This document shows positions 10,058-18,449 of a stretch of DNA of 32,000 nt, piece after piece. The notes beneath the pieces were generated by a model. The model saw only the letters and a program-made list of their open reading frames with translations. It had not been told where the DNA came from and ran no database searches. The stretch is from Ralstonia phage RP13. Made by a program: the position numbers and the translations under genes. Positions within the stretch are counted from its first letter, which is position 1. Every line of letters begins with the position of its first letter. The stretch lies in the sequence record LC554890.1, one strand, 5' to 3'.

Positions 10058-10296
10058 TGATGGCTAATACTTCTATCAAAGTAGGTGATATTGTTCGTCG
10101 TAATGATGGACAGAATCTTCGATCTGGTGCAGAAATGTATGGTGCTGCCATCTGCGTATCATTAGCTCCATTTGTTCTTGTATCAGAACATGCTGATATG
10201 CGTTGGGAGTCTACTGTTAGTATTGAAGATTTTCATACTACTGGCCAAGTAGATGCTGATCATTTGAAACTTGCTATGAGGCGTCTTAATGACTGA
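10057..10296 (+). CDS. Hypothetical protein
   Basis: 79 aa ORF; overlaps at both ends fit the operon layout. Confidence 0.55.
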   Translation: MMANTSIKVGDIVRRNDGQNLRSGAEMYGAAICVSLAPFVLVSEHADMRWESTVSIEDFHTTGQVDADHLKLAMRRLND

Positions 10297-12061
10297 TATT
10301 ACTGAAGACCAGCAAAGTGATATTGAGATTGTGCTTGATAAGCTAAGTACTGATTATTCTCAGATTCATCTATTTGCTGGTGAAGTGCAACAAGCGATGG
10401 ATCGTATGGGGCCTGTGCGTCACAATGATCTTCATCGTTATGTCTTTGGTACTGCCAAACACAAGGCAGTGCAACATCATCTGATTGAAATTCTTGGTAC
10501 TAATCTTAATAGTCAAGCTGAAACTCAGATGACTATGCATGTAGTTAAAGATTGGAATCAGCGTCGTATTCTTAAGAGATTCTTGATTGAGAATCTAGTA
10601 CGTAGTAAGTTGCGTACTGGTGAAGCATTTGTACATGATAGTGTAGTGCAGAAGTTTGTACGAGAGCAATTACCATTTGCTCATATTGACACTAGTGAGA
10701 TTCCAAACTACCGTGATTATCGACTCAAAGAGAATATTGATGAGCTCGTAAAGCGTAATATTCTGGTTCGTAGTCTTTGTGGCGATACTGATCATTATCA
10801 CGATTGCCATGTAGGAGCAAAGTGGCTTGGTCTAGATAATGAGCAGAAGGCTTGGTATGCACTGAACTTTGGATTCACCTATCGAGCACAGTGGGCATCA
10901 CTAGCTCTTCAGATGTTCCCGTATCCTCACACTGAGAAGATTGAAGATATTTCTGAGTGGTGTGGTTGGGAATATAAGGATGGTGTATTTGAGAAGCGTC
11001 CTGATGGTGATCAATCCAATTATGGTCTCATTGTAGTTGGTAAAGATACCAAGTGGAATAAATTCAAGTATCCTCAGTTCTTCAAATCTGTGCAAGATTT
11101 CTCTGAGGGTGGTCATCTTTATGAGAAGCTGAAAGCTATTGCTACTCAATCGGATGATCCCAATGTGAACTATTGCAAGCTGGATGATTGTCTGCGTGAT
11201 AACTTTGCTGGTATTGGACGATTCACCTCGTTCCTATGTATGCAGCAACTTTATGAATTCTTCGACTGGCCTATCAATGGTAAGATGATGGGTCTTGATG
11301 AAGAAGGTACGTGGTCATGTCGTACAGGTCAAATTGCTGTTATGAGCGATTTGACTCAGCGTACTGAAGAAGATATCATTCGAGAAGGTCAGAAGGCTCC
11401 ATCTCCAGAGCTTATTAAGGCTATGGAAGATCACACGGAGCAGACTCTTGCTGATGCTAATGCAGAACTGCCGTTCCTCACTAATGTATTCGAATATGAA
11501 TCAGTAACTTGTGAAATTACTGATAAGTATCTATTAAAGACACGTGAGTTCTCATTCTGGACTAGTGCAGAAAAGAGTGACATGATTGTTGGCATTTATG
11601 AGAATTGGACTAAGAACTGGAAGCCTATTGGTCCATATACTAAGATGCCTGATCTAAGCATTCTGATCAAGACTCAAGTCAGTAAGCGTCCTGCATGGAT
11701 GCCATATTCGTGGTTGGATCACGATTGGATGAAGACGCTAAATCATCTTGGCATTTGCACCTTCTATGATTCAATGCTTACTGATGATGTGGATATTGCA
11801 GCCACTCTTCCAGTGAAAGACCCTGTTGATGTTCAGAATAAGGAATTTGTGGATCTAGTTCACAGTGTTCTTACTCCTGAACAGATTAGGGAGGCTCGTG
11901 AAGAATACGATCCTCGTCTATTCATTCGATGGAAGAAAGATATTGACTTGAATGGTCGTCTAATTAGTAAGTTACATCTTCGAGAACTAGAGTTTATTAC
12001 CGATAAGCTTCCTCAGCTGGAAGCTGAGGGTAAACTCTATCATCCACGAGTTTCTGTATGA
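10289..12061 (+). CDS. Putative amino acid:DNA transferase (AADT)-like DNA hypermodification protein
   Basis: 590 aa; WYALNFGFTYRAQWASLALQMFP...KDTKWNKFKYPQFFKS...LRDNFAGIGRFTSFLCMQQLYEFF...CRTGQ resembles the AADT pattern. Adjacent to an aGPT-Pplase-like gene. Confidence 0.5.
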   Translation: MTDITEDQQSDIEIVLDKLSTDYSQIHLFAGEVQQAMDRMGPVRHNDLHRYVFGTAKHKAVQHHLIEILGTNLNSQAETQMTMHVVKDWNQRRILKRFLIENLVRSKLRTGEAFVHDSVVQKFVREQLPFAHIDTSEIPNYRDYRLKENIDELVKRNILVRSLCGDTDHYHDCHVGAKWLGLDNEQKAWYALNFGFTYRAQWASLALQMFPYPHTEKIEDISEWCGWEYKDGVFEKRPDGDQSNYGLIVVGKDTKWNKFKYPQFFKSVQDFSEGGHLYEKLKAIATQSDDPNVNYCKLDDCLRDNFAGIGRFTSFLCMQQLYEFFDWPINGKMMGLDEEGTWSCRTGQIAVMSDLTQRTEEDIIREGQKAPSPELIKAMEDHTEQTLADANAELPFLTNVFEYESVTCEITDKYLLKTREFSFWTSAEKSDMIVGIYENWTKNWKPIGPYTKMPDLSILIKTQVSKRPAWMPYSWLDHDWMKTLNHLGICTFYDSMLTDDVDIAATLPVKDPVDVQNKEFVDLVHSVLTPEQIREAREEYDPRLFIRWKKDIDLNGRLISKLHLRELEFITDKLPQLEAEGKLYHPRVSV

Positions 12062-12065
12062 TTTT

Positions 12066-12093
12066 GTGCTGCTCGCTTGTATAGGAGCAGCAC
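12066..12093 (+). terminator. 9-bp hairpin, terminator or processing candidate
   Basis: GTGCTGCTC (12066-12074), loop GCTTGTATAG, GAGCAGCAC (12085-12093), then ATTTATTTATT. Confidence 0.5.
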
Positions 12094-12111
12094 ATTTATT
12101 TATTCCTCATT

Positions 12112-12396
12112 ATGCCCGCAATCCTCCCAACTAAACTTGCTATCAATCGAGAACAGACTGGTCGATTTATTGTTACTAATACTTCAGCCAAGCCTGGTGA
12201 TGAATATGTAAGTAGTTATGGTACAGTAGTGAAGATTCTTGCAGTATCTAAAATGGTTAATAAGAATAAGGTTCTTGGTGAGGCTATCACATTTGAGAGT
12301 CGTGATGGAATCTTTACTGAGATGTGGAAGGAATTCAGTTCTATTCCAGCTGGAGCTAATTCACCTCGTTATAAACTAGTCAAGAGAGCTCAATAA
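12112..12396 (+). CDS. Hypothetical protein
   Basis: 94 aa ORF. Confidence 0.5.
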   Translation: MPAILPTKLAINREQTGRFIVTNTSAKPGDEYVSSYGTVVKILAVSKMVNKNKVLGEAITFESRDGIFTEMWKEFSSIPAGANSPRYKLVKRAQ

Positions 12397-13370
12397 TGCA
12401 TGGTATCGGCAAATTTCATGTAGATAAGGACGTTCTGAAGATTTATCGTGATTACACATACGAACGTGCTGAAGTCTATTATAAGAAGGAAGTATTAGGT
12501 CTTTCTGCTCCATGGACAGAAGATCAATATCTTCGTGATTATAAATTCACCAATATTCGTCGTGAATTAGATAAAGAGAGTAAATTCCTTATTGAATCAG
12601 TGATTAAGAGTGATAGATTAGAGACATGGGAGAAGGCCCTGAACTGTGCTCTATTTAGACTCTTTAATATTAAGGAAGGCGCTGATTATTTCATTGAATG
12701 GCCTATTAAATTTGATAGATTTAATATGGACACATTCTTTAATCATGAAATTAGTCTGAATATTGATAGCAAATATCAATCGAATGCATATTTCCTCAGT
12801 CATGTTCGAGCTGCAGCTAATCGTGCATCTGAAGAGAAATACCGCGGTAAACAGTCTACTCTAGCACAATTTGTTTATCAGAATAAGCGTTATATTGGAG
12901 ATGCGTTTTATGCTGATAGCCCTGCAGAAGCTATTAAAGAGCTACAGAAAGTTAGTAGCTTTGGTGATTTCATTGCTTATCAGATCTGGGTTGATTTCAC
13001 TTACATATCAAAGTACGGTTTCACTGAAAATGATTATGTAGTAAGCGGCCCTGGATGTGATAATGGTATTGATTGGATGGTTGGTGGTAATATCATTAAG
13101 GATGATGGTAATCCTGATTATGGTATCTTCCAACGTAAGTATCCTTCTGACACATATAACGAATTTATTGTATGGTTCCGTGATCATCTTCCAATGCTAA
13201 TGGAACATACTGGACTAGAATGGGATCCTAAATCATTCCAACACTTCCTACCTGAGAAGCAACAGGATTGGAATCTAATGCAAATTGAGAATAGCTTCTG
13301 CGAACTCAATAAGCTAATGAAGCTTCGTAATAAGTGTTCAATGCGAGTGAGGTATTATCATGCGGGTTAG
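12396..13370 (+). CDS. Putative alpha-glutamyl/putrescinyl thymine pyrophosphorylase (aGPT-Pplase)/HMUDK-helical-like DNA base hypermodification protein
   Basis: 324 aa; VYYKKEVLGLSAPWTEDQYLRDYKFTNIRRELDKESKFL...FGDFIAYQIWVDFTY...IENSFCELNKLMKLR follows the PWTxDxILxxYxFTNxxRExDxxT / GxFxAYQxxxDLxY / CExxKYxR pattern. Confidence 0.7.
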   Translation: MHGIGKFHVDKDVLKIYRDYTYERAEVYYKKEVLGLSAPWTEDQYLRDYKFTNIRRELDKESKFLIESVIKSDRLETWEKALNCALFRLFNIKEGADYFIEWPIKFDRFNMDTFFNHEISLNIDSKYQSNAYFLSHVRAAANRASEEKYRGKQSTLAQFVYQNKRYIGDAFYADSPAEAIKELQKVSSFGDFIAYQIWVDFTYISKYGFTENDYVVSGPGCDNGIDWMVGGNIIKDDGNPDYGIFQRKYPSDTYNEFIVWFRDHLPMLMEHTGLEWDPKSFQHFLPEKQQDWNLMQIENSFCELNKLMKLRNKCSMRVRYYHAG

Positions 13371-13584
13371 TATTGAGCGTGTAGAATCCATCCGAGAGGA
13401 GCTCCGGAGAATTAATGTAGAAGACCTAGCTAATCTTGAATGGTATGATAAAGATGGCTATAAGATTGTAGTCCCTCCTGAAGTGATTGAGGAATGGAAA
13501 TTTACTGGTCTAGGTAATACATTCTTTCTTGATGAGATTCTTGCTCATATGGATGAATGGCGTGTTATTCCCAAAATCGTGTAA
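13360..13584 (+). CDS. Hypothetical protein
   Basis: 74 aa ORF overlapping the end of the previous gene. Confidence 0.5.
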   Translation: MRVSIERVESIREELRRINVEDLANLEWYDKDGYKIVVPPEVIEEWKFTGLGNTFFLDEILAHMDEWRVIPKIV

Positions 13585-13731
13585 ACGACTCTATAGAGAA
13601 TCCAAACCTTGTAAGATCGTCTGCCGGACGAGAGAAGAGGAGTAGACAATAGTTTATTAAATTGGATTAATTATGCTCTAGGAGAGCATATAAGGAGAGA
13701 CTCCAGCATTAGAAAACTAGTACTGGAGTCT
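13585..13731 (+). promoter_or_regulatory. Non-coding leader: bipartite element copy 4 followed by tandem hairpins
   Basis: ACGACTCTAT (13585-13594)-N12-CCTTGTAAG (13607-13615). Hairpins TATGCTCT/AGAGCATA (13672-13690) and AGACTCCAG/CTGGAGTCT (13698-13731). Confidence 0.65.
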
Positions 13732-13749
13732 AATTTATAGAGTATAGGC

Positions 13750-15399
13750 ATGAAATACTATAGCTTAATTCGTAGTCACTTTCCATATAAGACGTTTAAT
13801 CCTGGTCAATATGAGGCAATTGCATTTGCACTAGAGCAATTTGTTGATTATGAAGAGAAGCATGTAATTCTCGATCTACCTACAGGTATTGGTAAGTCAG
13901 CTGTAGCACATACGATTTATAAGTGTTTACAAGAATTAAGTAATCGTGAGAAATATATTGGTACGTTCATTAGTCCACGTATCAATCTACAAGAACAATA
14001 TTGCAATGAATTTAGTGATCTAGTGTCACTAACTGGTAAGACCAATTATGAGTGTCCCAAGTTTCCTGGTACTGTTTATAATACTGGAGACTGCAGGGAA
14101 TCACGTCACTCAGGGACGTGTGAATTCTTCGATAAGGGTGAATGTCCTTATGTGAAGGCTCGTAATAAATGGTGTAATAAGAGTAATGGTCGTGTTACTA
14201 ATACATCATTCATGATTGAGGCATGTGATTTGCTCATTAACAAGCCACATAATAGATCCTCTCTTATTACAGTTGATGAGTGTCATACTCTAGACAAATT
14301 GCTGATTGATCATTGTACAATTATTCTTGATCTTAAGTCAGTAAATTATCTGAAGAAGTTTAAGTTCGATAAGCTACTTAGTCGATTCGAAGAATGTATT
14401 AAACTATTTGCTAAGATCAAGATTGGAGAACCATTTGATCTCTCAACTCATGATAGTTTCATGAATAAGCTGAGGACTATCAATCTTGTAAATGCAGCTG
14501 AGCGTTATCGTGAATTGCTAGAAGGTAGACTCAATTCTGATGAATTGAAGGATGTAAGCAATTCTGCTGTTAAATCGAAGAGATCAGTATTGTATCAAGC
14601 TATTGAAGAGCTTGAGCAAATTACTGATAAGATTAAGCTCCTGTATTCTGGTGAGCTTACTAATATCATCATTAGTGAATCCTCCCACAATCGTGTGGTT
14701 ATCAAGCCAGTATTTGCACGTGAAGTGGCATGGTATGGATTGTATCGTAAAGCTGATAAATTCCTTCATATTTCGGCAACTATTGTAGGTAAGAATCTCT
14801 ATTGTCAAGATATGGGACTTCCTCGTATTACTCCATATTTCTCAGCTAATAATCCTATTCCAGTTAAGAATCGTACTATCACGATTGATTCTACCATTAA
14901 GGTATCAGGTAACAAGAATCATTCTAATCTATTCAATGGTATTAAGAAAATCATTGATAAGCATGGTGATCAACCTGGAATTATTCACACTGTTAGTTAT
15001 AATCTTGCTGAAGAGATTGTAGCTAATGTGAATAGTGATCGATTTGTAGTCACCTCAGATTATAAAGAAATTCGTGGTATTCTGAAATCTAGTAATAAAA
15101 TTGTAGTATCCCCAGCTATTGAGGAGGGAGTAGACTTGAAGGAGTCTATGTTCCAGATCATAGCAAAGACTCCATATCTATTTCTTGGTGATGTTCATGT
15201 TAAACTGAATCTCAATACCAAGTTGTGGTATGATCGCAAGACCATGATTCGAGTAATTCAGATGTGCGGCAGAAGTGTGCGTGGTGTAAATGATTATGCG
15301 GATACTTATGTCCTGGACAATACGTTTATTAATGTTCTTGATAAATGTATGAATATTACTCCTAAATGGTTCCTAGAAGGTATCGATATCGTACAATAA
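13750..15399 (+). CDS. XPD/DinG-like SF2 helicase
   Basis: 549 aa; DLPTGIGKSAVAH (Walker A), TVDECHTLD (DEAH variant), Cys-rich segment between motifs consistent with an Fe-S domain, IEEGVDLKE and RVIQMCGRSVRG (motifs V/VI). Confidence 0.8.
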   Translation: MKYYSLIRSHFPYKTFNPGQYEAIAFALEQFVDYEEKHVILDLPTGIGKSAVAHTIYKCLQELSNREKYIGTFISPRINLQEQYCNEFSDLVSLTGKTNYECPKFPGTVYNTGDCRESRHSGTCEFFDKGECPYVKARNKWCNKSNGRVTNTSFMIEACDLLINKPHNRSSLITVDECHTLDKLLIDHCTIILDLKSVNYLKKFKFDKLLSRFEECIKLFAKIKIGEPFDLSTHDSFMNKLRTINLVNAAERYRELLEGRLNSDELKDVSNSAVKSKRSVLYQAIEELEQITDKIKLLYSGELTNIIISESSHNRVVIKPVFAREVAWYGLYRKADKFLHISATIVGKNLYCQDMGLPRITPYFSANNPIPVKNRTITIDSTIKVSGNKNHSNLFNGIKKIIDKHGDQPGIIHTVSYNLAEEIVANVNSDRFVVTSDYKEIRGILKSSNKIVVSPAIEEGVDLKESMFQIIAKTPYLFLGDVHVKLNLNTKLWYDRKTMIRVIQMCGRSVRGVNDYADTYVLDNTFINVLDKCMNITPKWFLEGIDIVQ

Positions 15400-15400
15400 T

Positions 15401-15772
15401 ATGACTCCAATAGAAGTATTTGATACACTTAACCAGATTGTACTTAAAGATATTAGTAAAGCTAATGTCAATTTATCTAAGAATACCATCTGGTTTTATG
15501 GTACTGAATCAAATCTAGGATTTGGTCCATATGAAGGTAAATTGGTATTACGTCAGGGATCAGCAATGGATAATAATGCTATTATCGATGAGATTCCATT
15601 AAGTCTTTATGAGCGATTCATTATTAGCAGACGATTTAATGCTCTAGTAAAAATTGTTACTGCTAATAAGAATACTAAGAAATCAACTCGTGAAGATATT
15701 CGTAATAAGAATATTAAATCAGCAGTAGGTTATATTACCAAGGTACAAAATGAAGAACAAGCTACTAATTAG
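15401..15772 (+). CDS. Hypothetical protein
   Basis: 123 aa ORF. Confidence 0.55.
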   Translation: MTPIEVFDTLNQIVLKDISKANVNLSKNTIWFYGTESNLGFGPYEGKLVLRQGSAMDNNAIIDEIPLSLYERFIISRRFNALVKIVTANKNTKKSTREDIRNKNIKSAVGYITKVQNEEQATN

Positions 15773-16355
15773 TCTGGCTGGTATGCCAGGTGCAGGTAAA
15801 GATGAATTTGTGAAGGCAGTATTAGCTTCTAAGCTGCGAGAACTGTCTCCTATTATTCTAAGCAATTCAGATAAGATTCGAGATATTGCCGTATTACTTT
15901 GTAACCTTGATCCAACTCGTATGAATGATCAAGACTATAAGGCATCAGTTCAACCTGGTACTTATGGCAAGACTGTGCGTGAAATTCTGATTCTTATTGG
16001 TGATGGACTACGAGGTGTTATTAGTCCTGAGGTTAATATTTCACCTACGCTATGGTCTGATATTGCCATGCGACGATTCACCCTTGGTGGTGATGGATTG
16101 TATATTAAGAAGGATGATCGTCGCATTGAAGAATACGATGCTACTTTGGCTGCTGGTGGCTATCTGATTTATATTGTCAATACCAAGAAGCAAGCTAATC
16201 TTGGTGATGCAGCTGATCAAGCGTATCAAGAATATGCCAAGAGTAAAGCTCACTATATTATTGAAAATAATATGGATGAGCAATTCTACAAAGATGCTGA
16301 GGATGTAGTACGCAAGATCCTAGTTAAAGAATATGCTGAAATTCTGACGGTCTAA
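15750..16355 (+). CDS. P-loop kinase, (deoxy)nucleotide monophosphate kinase-like
   Basis: LLISLAGMPGAGKDEFVKAV (Walker A) and GKTVREILILIGDGLRG, resembling phage dNMP kinases. Confidence 0.6.
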   Translation: MKNKLLISLAGMPGAGKDEFVKAVLASKLRELSPIILSNSDKIRDIAVLLCNLDPTRMNDQDYKASVQPGTYGKTVREILILIGDGLRGVISPEVNISPTLWSDIAMRRFTLGGDGLYIKKDDRRIEEYDATLAAGGYLIYIVNTKKQANLGDAADQAYQEYAKSKAHYIIENNMDEQFYKDAEDVVRKILVKEYAEILTV

Positions 16356-16386
16356 ACGACGCTATCAGACTCCGAAACCTTGTTAG
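16356..16386 (+). promoter_or_regulatory. Bipartite intergenic element copy 5 (ACGACGCTAT-N12-CCTTGTTAG)
   Basis: Box A 16356-16365, spacer 16366-16377, box B 16378-16386. Followed by hairpin CAGGGAA-TAC-TTCCCTG (16391-16407), upstream of ino1. Confidence 0.7.
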
Positions 16387-16472
16387 AATGCAGGGAATAC
16401 TTCCCTGTCGACCTACTTCACATAATTCTGTGTGACCAATGTCGCTAATCTGAAATAACTTGAGGTAATATA

Positions 16473-17753
16473 ATGTCAAAGAAAATCCGTGTAGCTATCG
16501 CTGGTGTTGGTTCATGTGCAAGTGCTCTAGTTCAGGGTGTGCAATATTACATTAACCATCCCGACGAGACTATCGGTCTTATGTTCAAAGAAATTGGTGG
16601 CTACACTGCTGATTCATATGAGTTTGTATGTGGCTTCGATGTCGATGCACGTAAGGTTGGTAAGCGTCTGAATGATGCTATCTATGCTAAGCCGAACTGC
16701 AATATGCAGGTCATTCCTCCACATAGCGACCTTAGTTGTGTTGCTAGTACTGCGACTGTATATCGGTCGCCTACTCTGGATGGTATTGCTCCTCATATGC
16801 GTAACTTCCATCCGGATATTACGTTCGTAGAGGCAGACGATGTGGAGCCTATCACTGCAGAAGACTATCAAGCTATTCTGAAGGAGCATCGTGTTGATGT
16901 GCTCCTAAACTATATGCCTGTTGGTTCTACTGAAGCAGCTAAGTTCCATATTGAGAATGCCATTAAGGCTGGTGTGCATGTTGTTAATTGTATGCCTACC
17001 TATATTTCGACTGAAGCAGCACGAGGTCTCGAGCGTCTGGCTATCCAGAACAAGGTCACTATCGTTGGTAGTGATATGCGTTCTGATTATGGCGCAAGTC
17101 GTCTATCGGAAGTACTGCAAGGTAGTCTGCTTGATTCTGGTCTGCTGGTAACTCAGCATATTCAGGAGAATAAGGCTGCTGGTACGACTCAGGGTGATAC
17201 GCGTCGTGTTGGTCGTAGTGCTAATACCGACTTCCTGAATATGGCTGTCAAGGATCGTCTCCATGATAAGCATATCTCCAAGGAGAACGTTCTGACTGGT
17301 CAATCAGTTGTTCGTGGTATTGATGTTGCAGGTACTACTCAGTATGCAGGTCCGTCTCTGACGGTACTCCAACGTCCTGGTGGTCAATATGTTGGTAGCG
17401 ATAATAAGATCGCGAATATTGACATCGTGGCATTTGGATGGGCTGGTGCTCGTTATGAGCTCTTCGCTCGTCTATCTGTTCAAGATAGCCCAAACAGTGC
17501 TGGTATCGTGTTCGATGCAGTACGGTTCTGTAAGGTAGCTAGTGAGATGGATATTCGTGGTTATCTGCGTGGTCCATCGGCGTGGAGTCAGAAGACTCCT
17601 CCTGTGCAGATGAAGACTTCAGACTCGAAGTTTGAGTGTGAAGCTCTGGCTCGTCGTGAATTGACCAATATGACTCGCAAGCAAGTTGGCGATAATATTG
17701 ATATCGACGCTCTGGAGTACACGTTCCAAGCAGGTAAGACTGCATACGAGTAA
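16473..17753 (+). CDS. ino1: Inositol-3-phosphate synthase (myo-inositol-1-phosphate synthase)
   Basis: 426 aa; VAIAGVGSCASALVQGVQYY (Rossmann), VDVLLNYMPVGSTEAAKFHIENAIKAGVHVVNCMPTYI, GRSANTDFLNM, VQDSPNSAGIVFDAVRFCKVA. Confidence 0.92.
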   Translation: MSKKIRVAIAGVGSCASALVQGVQYYINHPDETIGLMFKEIGGYTADSYEFVCGFDVDARKVGKRLNDAIYAKPNCNMQVIPPHSDLSCVASTATVYRSPTLDGIAPHMRNFHPDITFVEADDVEPITAEDYQAILKEHRVDVLLNYMPVGSTEAAKFHIENAIKAGVHVVNCMPTYISTEAARGLERLAIQNKVTIVGSDMRSDYGASRLSEVLQGSLLDSGLLVTQHIQENKAAGTTQGDTRRVGRSANTDFLNMAVKDRLHDKHISKENVLTGQSVVRGIDVAGTTQYAGPSLTVLQRPGGQYVGSDNKIANIDIVAFGWAGARYELFARLSVQDSPNSAGIVFDAVRFCKVASEMDIRGYLRGPSAWSQKTPPVQMKTSDSKFECEALARRELTNMTRKQVGDNIDIDALEYTFQAGKTAYE

Positions 17754-17770
17754 TGTAGTTAAGTAGTGTG

Positions 17771-17804
17771 AGGTGGATAGTCTTAGGATTATCCACCTTT
17801 TTAT
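17771..17804 (+). terminator. Rho-independent terminator-like hairpin
   Basis: AGGTGGATA (17771-17779), loop GTCTTAGGAT, TATCCACCT (17790-17798), then TTTTATTT. Confidence 0.75.
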
Positions 17805-17817
17805 TTGTACATAAATA

Positions 17818-18060
17818 ATGGATTATTACCCACCAGCATATACACCTCCCTCCATATATTCAATTGCTTATAATGGGAGTAAGCTTAATAGTGAGCCAAT
17901 CAATAGTGTTGCTCTCACCATTAAGAGTCCTTCTAAATATAGATTTGCTCGTCAATCTAATGGTAGAATTGTATTACAGGGATATTTCCCTATAGAAGGT
18001 ACTAGTAACGAAGGTACTTACATTAAGAGCGGACAATGGCGTACGCTACATAGGAAATAG
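17818..18060 (+). CDS. Hypothetical protein
   Basis: 80 aa ORF. Confidence 0.5.
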   Translation: MDYYPPAYTPPSIYSIAYNGSKLNSEPINSVALTIKSPSKYRFARQSNGRIVLQGYFPIEGTSNEGTYIKSGQWRTLHRK

Positions 18061-18062
18061 TT

Positions 18063-18449
18063 ATGGAAATCAATACGTATGATTTTGATGGTGTAGTTAG
18101 TACTGGTAAATTCAAACTTACTCCAGGTAAGGATGTTATTATTACTGGTCGTACTTATGAAGAAGCTCCATATGTATTTGGCAAGCTACGTGAACTTGGC
18201 ATTCAAGATGTAGCAGTGTATTTTAATACTGCTCCACTATCACATCGTGGTGACCATAATGAACGAGCTCGTCGTATTAGTGGTATGCATAAAGTGCGTA
18301 TCATTAAGGGATTTATGGAAAATCATGTAGTTACTCATTTTGAAGATGATCCTGTTCAGATTCAATTGATTAATACTTATTGTACTGATGCCACTGTGGT
18401 GTTAGTACCTAACAATAGTTCGTATTATGGAGAACCTCACAATGGCTGA
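18063..18449 (+). CDS. HAD-like phosphatase-type protein
   Basis: YDFDGVVST (DxDG motif I), VIITGRTYEE, HFEDDPVQI (acidic motif IV). Confidence 0.6.
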   Translation: MEINTYDFDGVVSTGKFKLTPGKDVIITGRTYEEAPYVFGKLRELGIQDVAVYFNTAPLSHRGDHNERARRISGMHKVRIIKGFMENHVVTHFEDDPVQIQLINTYCTDATVVLVPNNSSYYGEPHNG

